From assembly GCA_951804945.1 (NCBI GenBank), contig OX638152.1, positions 53,258,001-53,322,000 of the forward strand: a stretch of 64,000 nt of DNA. The letters run 5' to 3'. Below, one piece after another: positions 45,061-57,600 of the stretch; position 1 is the stretch's first letter, and each line of letters opens with the position of its first letter. The notes beneath the pieces are model-generated. The model had not been told where the DNA came from. It saw only the letters and a list, made by a program, of their open reading frames with translations, and did no database searches. The position numbers were made by a program, and so were the translations under genes. The DNA is from Podarcis cretensis. Its lineage: Eukaryota.

Positions 45061-47857
45061 GTAAGGGCAACAACCTCTGCGCCCGGTGGGCGACTGGCCA
45101 GCCCCATCTCTGCAGCATCGCCAGGCAAGGCGGCCAGCAGGCAGGTGGGCGCGGGCAGCAGCAGCGAGGGGGGGAGCCTCCCTCTGAAACGGGCTGGGTG
45201 GTTGAACAGCTGGCATATAGGCACACTGCAGGGACGGTGGTTTTCCTTTTTCTTCTCCTAAGGCAGGAAATTCAACAGGTACCTGATTCCTCCTGCACAG
45301 AATTCAGTACAAAATTTTGCTCCATAGTGCAGCTACTTAAGGCTCTATTGGGGGGAAGGGAAGATAAATTCTAATACAAAAGTATTGATATATTTTGCTT
45401 AATGCTTAAACCCATGCTCAGCTTATTTAGTTTTTTGCAATCTGATTCAGGAGGGAGAGAGAGAAGGGTTTTTGCCAGATGAACATAAAACATTTCCAAG
45501 AAAAACCAACTTCATTAGAGATCTTGAACTGATAATGCTTTTGAAGTCCATTCCCAAAGCTGCCAGGTGCTGTACATTAGCTAGGGTTGCTATACTCATT
45601 ACTTGGAGAATCCAATGTCTCTTACCATAGGCAAAGTAATGTTCTGCCCACCATTTAATCCCCACAACCAACACCTATGGAACTGGAAGTGTAGGTGGGT
45701 TCCCATTGAACCTGAACCAAGATCCATTTCATTTTATAAAAGGGAGTACTGGATGTGCTTCATTGGTAGACTGCATGCTGTGAATGAAGATGAACTCTCT
45801 GGAATGCTTAGCTGCTGCGGTATAGAAAACCCCCATATTGCTGCCTACATCATTTTGACAGCTGAGCTTGTGCCAGCCCCGGTACATGGGGCCCATATGG
45901 ATGGGATGCAGTGAATGAATACATGTGACCCCGAAGAAATGACCAGATACATGGTGTGCAGCTGCTTGCTTAGGCGTGTGTTTGCGAGGCTTTAGGTAGC
46001 TCAAGGCCAGGAAGGAAGGCTGCAGCCTAGAATAGTATCACTGTAAGTGGGTGCAGGTTCATGGCTAGACTAGAATGGCTCATCAAGGGTAGAGGATGTG
46101 CTTTGAAAGATTTGCCATGCAAGCTTAAGAAAGCTACATTCATAAGTAAATGTACTGGAAGATATAATCTGCAGGAGCCCAGACTAGGGGCACATATAGA
46201 CAAGATCACGGTGTATGAATTATTTGCTGCTGAAAACTCTTCAGAACTAGTCAGAAAGCTTTAAAAACCAACAAACACACCAGCACAGAACCAAAGAATG
46301 CTATTTTAGTACTTGCTGTTGTGTGCAGAATGAAAACTCTAGCCAACTTAAGAAACCTAAACATGAAACAAGGCAGAAATTATTTTGAATTAATTTAGAC
46401 TGAAATAGCATCATACTGATGATCTTGTATATGTGCTCTATGAATTATAAAACTTTGAAATTGTGAATAGCATTGTTCTAAGCATATGATAGAATTGTTA
46501 TATTGACATTATTGCCCCAATTTAGATACAATGATATACGGTATGTATGTTCCTCTGAGTCGCTTTCAACTCTACAATTTTATGACTCTTATGATTCTAT
46601 GTTTAACTGAGTTACCTGAATTGTGGATAAATAGATACAGTACTCAATACTGTACATGGTTTGCTCAGAGGTCAGTAACATTGAGTTAAATGAGACTAAC
46701 ACCTAAGTAAGTATGCGTAGGACTACTGTGTTGATCAGTGAAAGGTTAAGGTGTTTAAACTGGGGTTGGGGTTTCACAGCAACTGGAATACTTAAAACAC
46801 AGCAGAGGAATAAGGCATTCAGTACTGTTTTGGTGGGACTTGCTGACAAATAATATTATTATTACTATTAATTACACCAAAACAGGCTTCTAGAGAAACC
46901 ATTAGCATGGCTTAAGTGTACCAAAACTCAGACCTCCACTATGAAGCCAAAGGGCAAATATGAGTCAATGGGAATTCAAAGATTTTCCTCACCCACACAC
47001 AAGCATTAAAAAAGATCCATGTATTAACCCTGTAGCCTTGAAAAGGAACACAACTTAATCAAGACTGCTAGATCTGCACAAGAAATGGACAATAAGAACA
47101 TGGTTCTTATTCTTCCCCTCCCCCCTGAAAGTAACATTACAGCACTACAAGGCTTTGGTAATTAATAAGTACCTTAAATAAAATATAAAAGAGAAAGCAT
47201 AAGAGACAGCCTAGTGCCACTTTTCAAGATTTAGTCTCTGCCTTGCTATGCTGTAGGCAGCTTTTTAAAAAATTACTCCTATGATCGGAGTTTCCTAGCT
47301 GGTTGCCAGAATTATATTTATGGCCCGCATTGGCAATCTGGCAAACCCTGAAATGAATGGGATCAAAGTTAATTGCAACTAGCTTGATTTCAATGGGATT
47401 TAAGCCTAAATTAAGGGCCAAACTAGATGTGATCCGTGCCACATAATTTGGCTTTGTGTAGCTGCTTTTTGTTTAACAAAATTGTCAATAGGAACTTTCC
47501 TCCCATTGCAAATAGCAAGCAAAGATGGAGGCTGATTCCTGTCATGTCAGGGTTAAAGCCAGCTCCCCTACCACAATGCCATGGCCCCAATCCAGCTCAG
47601 CCTTCACCCTGGGCTATTTGCTAAAAATAAACTGCACAAGGCTACTGCTACATGGCAAATATTACATGTAGTTCTTTTGTACTGAGCTCTGTAAAAGCTG
47701 CAGAACTACTTGAGCCAGTAACATAAGGTCTAATGATGGACCAGTGCAAATTTGAATGTGAAATGATCCCTTGCATTGAAAGAAAGGTTATCATCATTTC
47801 CTTGAGCTACAACCTCTATACATGCAATACATGTAAGACTGGGTTGTAAGTCTTTAA

Positions 47858-48226
47858 AAAGGTGAAGGACAAGGACCCATGACAGTTAAGTCCAGTCGCG
47901 GACGACTCTGGGGTTGCGACGCTCATCTTGCTTTACTGGCTGAGGAAGCCGACTTTTGTCCGCAGACAGTTTTTCCGGGTCATGTGGCCAGCATGATTAA
48001 GCCACTTCTGGCGAAACCAGAGCAACGCATGGAAACGCCATTTACCTACCCGCCAGATTTATCCCACCTATTTATCTACTTGCATTTTTGGCGTGCTTTT
48101 GAACTGCTAGGTTGGCAAGAGCTGGGACAGAACAATGAGAGCTTACCCTGTTGCGGGGATTCGAACTGCCAACCTTCCTATCGGCAAGTCCTAGGCTCAG
48201 TGGTTTAGACCACAGCGCCACCCGCA
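47858..48226 (-). mobile_element. Sauria/Squam1-type SINE, more diverged
   Basis: Same body (ttccgggtcatgtggccagcatg, gaactgctaggttggca, cacagcgccacc). Confidence 0.88.
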
Positions 48227-48395
48227 TATTACTTGCATATAATTCCAGGATAGAGAATATTGGATATGATCCAATATTCCAACACCAGGATATGATCATA
48301 AACTATGATGCTATGCTGGCATGCATTGCAGGGTATTTTATTTGGCACTGCACATGGATGTACTAGAGTAAATACTCATAAACAATGTGCCAAGT

Positions 48396-48397
48396 TT

Positions 48398-48441
<44 letters not shown>

Positions 48442-48443
48442 TC
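48396..48443. repeat. (TTTC)n microsatellite
   Basis: Read directly. Confidence 0.95.
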
Positions 48444-48600
48444 CAATAGGACTCTGGTTTTGAAGTGCCTAAGGTTATAGTTCTTGGAAACAATCTCTGT
48501 TTAAATTAGTGGAACTTACTGTTCCAGCAGGGCAGTCCTATGGTCCCAGTATGCTGAGTAGCCACTAAACTAGGACTAACATTGACATAACATTGTCATG

Positions 48601-49080
48601 TTGTTGTTGTTGTTTAGTCGTTTAGTCGTGTCCGACTCTTCGTGACCCCATGGACCAGAGAACGCCAGGCACTCCTGTCCTCCACTGCCCCCCGCAGCTT
48701 GGTCAGACTCATGCTGGTAACCTCGAAAACACTATCCAACCATCTCGTCCTCTGTCGCCCCCTTCTCCTTGTGCCCTCCATCTTTCCCAACATCAGGGTG
48801 TTCTCCAGGGAGTCTTCTCTTCTCATGAGGTGGCCAAAGTACTGGAGCCTCAGCTTCACAATCTGTCCTTCCAGTGAGCACTCAGGGCTGATTTCCTTCA
48901 AAATGGAGAGGTTTGATCTTCTTGCAGTCCATGGGACTCTCAAGAGTCTCCTCCAGCACCATAATTCAAAAGCATCAATTCTTCGGCGATCAGCCTTCTT
49001 TATGGTCCAGCTCTCACTTCCATACATCACTACTGGGAAAACCATAGCTTTAACTATACGGACCTTTGTTGGCAAGGTGA
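48601..49080 (-). mobile_element. BovB (RTE clade) LINE, 5'-truncated 3' end, uninterrupted ORF C-terminus, (CAA)n tail, TSD TGTCATG
   Basis: ORF 48614-49075 KVRIVKAMVFPVVMYGSESWT...RIDAFELWCWRRLLRVPWTARRSN...VHGVTKSRTRL is typical BovB; tgtcatg at 48594-48600 and 49081-49087. Confidence 0.95.
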
Positions 49081-51237
49081 TGTCATGAGCCTATGCCAAA
49101 CCAGCAGCAGAGTCAACACAACAATAACTTGAGCAACAAATGCTTAATGTAGCAACATTGACCATAGTAACCTATGTAATACCCCCATAGTAACCTTAGC
49201 AACTCCACAACCAACTACTGATGACATCCTCATGTTATCCATGTGCAAGGGCACCCACCAGAATGCAGCAACCACATCCTCGCCTTATCAAGTATAAACA
49301 AAGTGCAGAAGCATGCTGCAAGGAGTAGACAACTGCACAATCTATGGCCTGAATTGCCAGGAGGAATGTGTGTAGAATACAGAGGCTCCCCAGAAAAAGA
49401 GTTCAAGTCCTGCTGGGGTGCCAATGATTTCATACACATGCAATTTTAATGCTGCACAGAGCATGTACATGTGCACACAGACACATGGAGCTGAAGGAAG
49501 CCTATAAGTGGGATCTAGGAAGTTGGTCAGAATTAAGAGGGTAAGGCTGAGTCAGTGAAGATTGTACTGTAGTAGCCCAAGCAAAGTCCCAGCCTGAGCA
49601 GCGAAACCTTACTATTAAGGCAAATCAAAGGCCAGCCTGGATGCTTGGAGCTCATCCAGTACCTGCAATTGCTTTATTGTTGTGACTGGAGGGGGAAATG
49701 GTGGGTATGTGAGGCATTTTTTGTGGGCATAATGCTATGCCATCGGGGCTTTTTTCATCAGTTCCGGCACCTTTCAGGTGGATGCCATTGCCATTATAAG
49801 AGAACAAGGAAGGTGTTCATGGTGAGTTCTGGCACCTCTTTTCCTATAAAAATAGCAGGGTATGCCATCATAATTGGTAGGATCAACCACAGAATGAATA
49901 TAGGATTCTGGCTAAGGTTCATTTCTGCCTCTCTCCAGTGGCCTCTCACACTGCGAAGGAATCACTACACAGACATTATTTACTGACAGCATAGCTCTGT
50001 GGTTTGTCAAAGAGCTTTGAAGTATCCTGTACTACCCAGGGGGCATAACTTGAAGTTAGGATTGCCTGAGGGCACTCTCAGGCTACTTATTATAATGTAT
50101 AGAGACTCCCATACATCAGCGGGGCTATTCTGAAGTAAAAATATTGTGAACAGCAGCTTAATGATTATGGAAATCAAATACTTGTTCCTAAACTATGTAC
50201 ATGCTTGTTCACACATTCTCAGTTAGGGGGTGGAATTCAGAGTTTTCACCCTGCAATAACTGTTGACTTATAGGGAAAATAGATACATATTTATAGAGAA
50301 TACTGTTTATGTTTAAAATAAAATGATTTGAATATGAAAATTTCTATATGTACTGGGGGGAGGTGAGCGGGGGAAGGAGGGAGGGAAGTCCTGTTGCAAG
50401 TGGAAATCCTGGCACTGACAGGGTGGTTACTTAGCACTGTATTGGATACAAGCCAGTTGCTATAATTGAAAAAGAAATAGACCTTACCACTTTGAGGAAG
50501 ACTGTGACTAGGTCACTCAGTTTGCTTCAAGTCCCTGCTGTCCCTCCCTTTAACTTGGACATGGCAGCCCTTAAACAGAGGACTGTCCTCTGTGAAGTAG
50601 GACATGTGGCCACCCTAATAGCATGCTCAGAAAAATACAGATTGCATTATCAAACTCAAATCAGCATCTAGACTACATTTTGAAATGGGATACTTACTGC
50701 ACCAACTATTTTGCGATTGGATTTCATGGGAAAGTCTTCCGTTGACTGCTATGAGCTGGTAAACACTGTAGGCCTTGCCGCAAGCTCCTCCTGTATATGC
50801 TGTCCTTCCGAAGGTTGCAATCTGCAGACCCATAACATGATGCCTGTTTGTTCGGATAAAAAATGGTGCATAGAATTATTGAAGCATTGATCTGTTCAGC
50901 AGGAATTAACCTTCGTTATAAGAGAGATAAGTTATGCCCCAAATAGGCATACAAGTCTTTCGGTTATAAGATTTTAAAAAAAATACATAAATGTAATCCT
51001 TAGTTTTAACCAAGCAGAGTTAGAAGTCAAATACTCTTTGCCTCTTAAAGAATTACAAACAGCATTACAGTATTATAAATATTTAGCATCTAAAGTTTCT
51101 GACCTGCCTCAAACTTTCTCTTCCTTTTTCAGCAGCAGAGGGTAGATTTTCATAAGCTCGGCTGAGTTTGTGAAAGCAAATCCTTTTAAAGAGACAGTCT
51201 CTAACAATGAGTGCAGTTAGTGATACCAAGTGTCATT

Positions 51238-51239
<2 letters not shown>

Positions 51240-51292
<53 letters not shown>
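51240..51292. repeat. Compound (CT)n(CA)n microsatellite
   Basis: Read directly. Confidence 0.95.
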
Positions 51293-51366
51293 TGAACAGC
51301 AGCTTAATGATTTTGAAAATCAAATACTTGTTCCTAAATTATGTAAATGTCTGTTCACATACTCTC

Positions 51367-51646
51367 AGTTGGGGGAGGGGGTCCAGAGATTTCATCCTGC
51401 AGTAACTGTTAACTTATAGGGAAAATAAATACATATTTCTAGAGAACACCATTAATGTTTAAAATAAAATGATTTAAATATGAAAAAATATATGTACTTG
51501 GAGGGGAGTTGGGGGAGGGGGTCCAGAGATTTCATCCTGCAGTAACTGTTAACTTATAGGGAAAATAAATACATATTTCTAGAGAACACCATTAATGTTT
51601 AAAATAAAATGATTTAAATATGAAAAAATATATGTACTTGGAGGGG
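51367..51646 (+). repeat. Near-perfect 140-bp tandem duplication, with an older third copy at ~50147-50360
   Basis: agttgggggagggggtccagagat... starts at 51367 and 51507. Confidence 0.95.
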
Positions 51647-54600
51647 GGAAAGGGGGGGACATATGTGTGTGTGTGCATGCACACATTTTTTGGTTAAGAA
51701 AAACTGTAAAACTTCATCTGACAGCAAAATCCTTAGGTGATGCAATGAACCTGTACTTGGAAAAAATAAATAAAAATTACAGTTTGAGAAATTCAAAGAG
51801 TTAATCAATTGTGGAACAGTTATCTGTAACAGGTTCCAGTAATGAGAGATTAATGGTGCACGTAGAGTGGGGGGGGGGGAAACCTTGCTTAAGCCCTTTC
51901 TTCTCTGCACAGATCTTGAGCTTTCAAATTAAGATTATCAAGTGGCATACTTTCCTGGGTCATTGATTTTTCCACTCTGTGTGGTTTTAGCATCAGTACT
52001 GTATCTCAGCAGACTTGGTACTGGACTCCCCACCCCAACACTTACCATCCCCACTCTACAAAAAATTATTTGCCTGCTGTGACAGCTGGATGAAATTATT
52101 GCAAATTTAATTACTTTTGCTCACCTTTGAAACATGTGAAGTTCACCTGTTAGCCTGAGCTGAATGTGGTTCATGTATTAAAGACAAAATATCCACTTTT
52201 CAGAGGCCTAAGGAACAGATACCATTTACATCACCATTTGCAAAGGATGTGTTAAACAAGACTATTTAATACTGTACAGGTTGTTGCTGGCGTGTCAGTT
52301 CAGAAGACTGAACACATTTTTAAACAGCAGAAGTTGATACAATAAGTTTATCGCTTTCTTTCTATCTCCAAGGTTGAAAACTGTAGATTTTACTTGAAAA
52401 CAATAGTGTAATTGAAATCATTGTTACTTAGAGTACATTTTGCATTCTGATCCTAAAACATTGATTAGAAGTAATCCCTGAAGATTTAAATCGGTTTTCC
52501 TTTCAGGTTAAGCACAATTAAGGCCAGTTTTTTCTTCCTTTGTGATTTCCACATAAACATACTTCGGAAGTTCTGCTGAAATTTCTAGGCTCCATTTCCA
52601 AGGATATGTGTTTAGGGGAAAGTATCTCTTGTAATGTTTGAAGGGATGTATATGGTTGTTAGGCAGTTTATGACTTACAGCAGCTGCCCATCTCTGTACC
52701 TGTGATGCACAGGTCATATTCTGCCAGTGTTTCGGCAGTTTTTCTATAGATACTGATCTCCATGAATGAAAATGCGATCTATGAAGTTACATAGCATCTT
52801 TACTTGCAGAATCTACATAAACTACATCCCTGCTAGTTGTGCATTCATATTCTTACTATTATGTTCCACCCAGCTTGTAAAAAATGTACATGTGTCTTAT
52901 AAGAGGATAATCTTTCTTGCAGTTTGCACTTTTTTGAAAATCCAAGTATCTAACAATTCAGATATTTCTTTAAAAAAAACTGGAGAAAGAAAGCTGGATT
53001 CAGATCAGAAAAGGGCTGACATCATATGCATGCAAATAATGAGAAGTACTATTATTCACTATATTTGAATTCCAAAGAAACAAAGATCCATATGTAATCC
53101 ATACATCTTCATTATTTGTTGCTATTATAAAATGCATCCCATATGTGCCAGGAATTACAAAATAGTGTACAGATCTCCTTTGAAATTTTGTTTCCCATTT
53201 GTTGTAATAACTGATTTGATGTGCTTACACGTTTTTGAAAGAAGAATGAAATGGTAGAACATTGAGCAAATGCTTGATTCTTAGCCGTTTACTAAGGCTG
53301 CAATAATGTGCACACGTAACTGAAATGAGTGGGACTTACTTTTGAGTTAACATGCATTGGATTGCTCTGTAAATGCAGTTTGTTTGTTGAACTGGGTGTT
53401 TTTCTCTTTGATCTCATGCCACTAGTCATCTCAAGCACTACAACTATTGCTCTGTGACTCCCATTCATTTCAATGGGACTTCCTTTTGTTTCTTGAGAAT
53501 ACATTCCTCTGCTAACTGCAGCGGACACCACTCTGGCAAGAGAGACACATATTACGTTCCTGTGCAGAGGCAGAGAAATGGCGGAGAAATGCAATTCAGT
53601 TCACATTTAAAGATGAACCTAATTCACACTTTCTGAAACAATATACAAAATGAAACACAGCTGTCCTCTGAAATTTGTACTTATCCAAATTTTGCAGTGC
53701 GATTTCCGAGCCAAGAAATGTGTGCAGAAAATACATACGCTAAAGTAAGATGTCATAAAATGTATATATTAGTGGAAACAACATGCAAAATTTATTATAT
53801 TAGGGGAAATTGTTTTGCATAAAAGTATGTATTAGGCACAACTGCATATTAAAAATATGCATATTAGGAGAAACACATGCTGAAATGCTGAATAATTTTC
53901 ACATGGACTTCTTTGCTAAAAAATTGCAAACTGTGGGAAAGTAGAAAACTGAACCTAAGATTGGAAAAATGAGAAACCCTATATTGTGCAAGCGGCTGTC
54001 ATCACATTATGCATCTCCATGATACTGTCTGTGGCCTCTGGGAACCTGAAATGTTAGCTTGGAGACTTTCACAATATAATAGTAGCCATCTATGCTGAAA
54101 GATCTTCCATACATTACAACTGGCATCTGGGTAGCTCATCATGGGAAGCTATTTTCAGTGGCATTCCTCTAGCCAAAGTAATGCATAAGCATATGAAGTG
54201 GTCTAATGTTGAGTCAGATTACTGGTCCATGAAGCACAGTACAGTGTCTGGTCTGACTGGTAGTACTTCTCCATGCTTTGGGGCAAAAGCCTTTTCTTGT
54301 GCTACAGGAATTGCGGTGCAAAGCGCTATCATTGAGCCATATGCTCCAGAAATCAAGTATGGAATAATATCCACCTAAAAAAGATTCAGCCTGTAAATAA
54401 TTTCCCTTAAGATCTGCAGTATATCCTTGCAGGTATACCTGAAGAACTGACCTTTTAACTACTGAGTTATAAGTATTTAATAGATACAGGTTTGGCTTAG
54501 TTCAGTGCCACTTCTTAAATGACACTTAAACACACATATATACTGCCTGTTCTGTAACATACATCCAAGTAGTGTGCAAAATGCAAATACAGTATATTTT

Positions 54601-57600
54601 TAAAATATATAGAATAAATTTAAACCAAAAGCTTAAAATCACTGGCATTATGAGCCACCAAACACCAAGGTGAATAAGTTGGTTTTCAGCATATACCTCA
54701 ACTGGAGATTCAGCACATGCTTGGTTTCAGGGTGAGGGGGTTGGGAAAGGCTATTCCAGAGTGTGGGTACCACCACAGAAAATACCTTCCTCCTGGCTGG
54801 TTGTTGCCGGATGCATGTCCTTGGCTATGGTACACCTGCACACACCAGGAAACTTATTGGAAAAGGTCTCCTAGCCTTGGCCAACTTGGGCAATATGGGT
54901 CAGGTTAAGCACAATTACTTTTTTCATTCTTCTTAATCAGTGTGGTATGAAGATCATTCTGCAAGGAAAGGGACAAAAGTAAAGAGAGGGACAGCATGCA
55001 GTAGCTTAGGACATTCTGATTCCAAATGGAAAAGGACTGTTGAAGATGCCAGGAAGCAGGGGATGAAAATAATGAGTCTATAGAATGAGGAAGGCTATTT
55101 AAACAAAGGCCAGTGCACAGAGGTAATAATCCCGTCATGTAGTGTCCTAGAGATACTAGGCTGTTCCTTTGAAATTTGCCGTTCTGTTCTACCAAGACAA
55201 AAGGTGGCATGTTCCACATGCCAAGCCTTAAACCTTGGCTGGGTTTGAAAGAATGCAATGACAGATAACAGTTTGCATAATTTAAATAAATATTTTCTGT
55301 ATTGAATTTTATCTAGGCAGGCATACCAATTGTATTTTGCCTATTCAGTCCTGTTGATTCTTCCTTCCTCCACTCCTACTTAGAAGAGGTATTAACATCA
55401 TATTATGGGGAAAGCAACTGTTAAATGTTCTAAGGTGAACAAAAGACTGCATTCTTGGCTCAGGTTCAACTGTAGTGTAATTCAATGTTATCTTTGGTTC
55501 AGAACAATTACAACAGATATAGAGACACTTGACTTTGGACATGAGTGTGTTCAAAGGCAATGCTGAAGTAATCCACATGGCATGAGACATGTGTTGTTCA
55601 AAAATTTGGAACCTATAGAGAAATTATATACTACAAAGCTGCAAACCCCGCAAAAGAGATGCTAATGCAACATGTTTTATATTTTTCACCACAGCAGTTC
55701 CCACTGCCAAAGTGAGAAAGCACTGAACAGCAGCTTCACTTGTTAGTCAAAGTTGCTGTAGCAAAAGGAATCAAGCACAGTTCTGGTGTGCACACACTGC
55801 TTTTTGGATTATGGCCGCATGTGGATTTTTCTGAACTAAAAAAAACTACAACTTTTGTTGTCTGCACTGCTGCTCAGCAACAGATATTTGAGAACTGCAC
55901 ATTCTGATGATTGCCATTGAAAGCTAGACTTTCAAAGTGAACATCTATCTCCACATCACAAAGGGTTAAGACAATGCCAGCTACTGGCAAAATGCCTATA
56001 TTTGAAAAGAAGACTATTGTATAGGAGTGCTTTCCCCTGTGTGGCAATGCTGCCCGTCCTGTTGCCACTGTGAGAATGTGCATTGACAACCCACACTGCA
56101 AGAATTTGAGTAATGTTTACAATTCACAGCGAAAACAGAAAAGAAGATGAAGATAAAGCGTTAGCATTGTGTGCTATTCTTGGCTGGCTCGCTAACAGAA
56201 GGACAGAGGAGCATGGGGAATATCAGAAAAATTAACCAATGCAAAATTTAAAAAGGGGGAGGAGTAAGTTCATAAAATAATATGAGAAACCATAATGTAG
56301 GCAAAGACTACTGATTTGCTGAGCAATTTTTTTATGCTAAACCGTAGAGATGGGGTCTCCAGCATGATGCCCTGGGACACCATGACAGCCTCAAACAGCT
56401 GCCTTGGTGCCCATTAAGACACCTGTCCCTCCCATTTTTTTTTATTTAAGTTGGCTTCTGTTGTTGTTAGGGTAGGGGTTGTTTATTTTTTCTCTGTTTT
56501 ATTTGCTGTGGGGTATATATAGGTGATTAGTCATTGGCAATTTCTGAACAACAGCTGTTTATCTTCTGTGAAATGGGTATTTTGTGGAGCCAATGAGTTT
56601 GTCAGATTTCCAAATGTGCCTATAGGCACAAAATGTTAGTGAACTCCTACTCTAGAGAATGCAGAATAGTGGTAGATACTGAGGGTTTCAGATCAAATGA
56701 CACTTTTGTACTGTCAATTTGGGTCTTATCCTGTCTAGTAAATTGTTCTCAACAGCAAAGACCCCATTACTGAGCAGAGAGAGCCCACTGGGTGGCATTC
56801 AACTAAGTTTTACTTAGAGCAGACTCTCTGAAATGACTAATTTAGGTCTACTCTGAGTAAAACCTAGTTGAATCCCTCACACTGTATTTAATTCATTCAG
56901 TATCACAAATGTGAGGCACTGTGGAAAGGGGTAATAAAATTTATGTTACCATGTAGCCAGACAAGCTTTCTTTGAGGTTGCAGTTTCCCTGCAATGAGTT
57001 GAAAAGCAGCTATGGCTTAACAGATCACCATCTGCATGTCCTCAGAGAACAAGGAAGGAGGGGAAAGTTTTATTACTGGTCTCATCCTTCCTTGCTGAAA
57101 TGGCTGTCTTCTGAAATTGCCATGAATATTTCAATGGTAGTTGGCACAATTATTGAGGGGGGAAAGGTAAGGGCTTGATGGATGAGACTTTTAGGAGTAT
57201 GGCTAACAGTCTATCTCACCCTTCAGTCTATTTTGATCTGAAGTAGATTGGCCTGTCATAAAAAATAGATGGTAAATAGAGTGTGCATATTACAAAAACA
57301 AACCACCCACCACAGATTGAGGGCACTTACGTAATTCTCTGTACCTAGCCACGTTCATCTTCAGGCCCTCAAAATAAAAGGCTGTGAATGCTTGCTTTCT
57401 GTAAAAGTAATCTGTCACTAAGTGGTCGTCCTTATATATAGCAGGTACTGTTTATTTACTGCAGTGTACACAGTATTGCGGCAGTCCTTTTCAGAGGGGC
57501 AAAGTTAATCTGTGTGGATAAAGAATGCATGTTATTTGTCACTCATAACTCTGTTTTTAGAACATAAAGCCTTTAATTAGTACCCTGGATTGGACATTTT

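Larger units (their letters stand above)
44190..45240. promoter_or_regulatory. CpG island / EVA1C promoter and 5'UTR, with GC box (gaggggcggg 44371-44380)
   Basis: CpG-rich tract around EVA1C exon 1. Confidence 0.8.

Noticed and set aside
44326-45226. Long ORFs (186, 171 and 130 aa) over the EVA1C promoter
   Set aside because: Products of microsatellites (ERER, LSLS, HTHT) and high GC. Only 44931-45060 is supported as coding.
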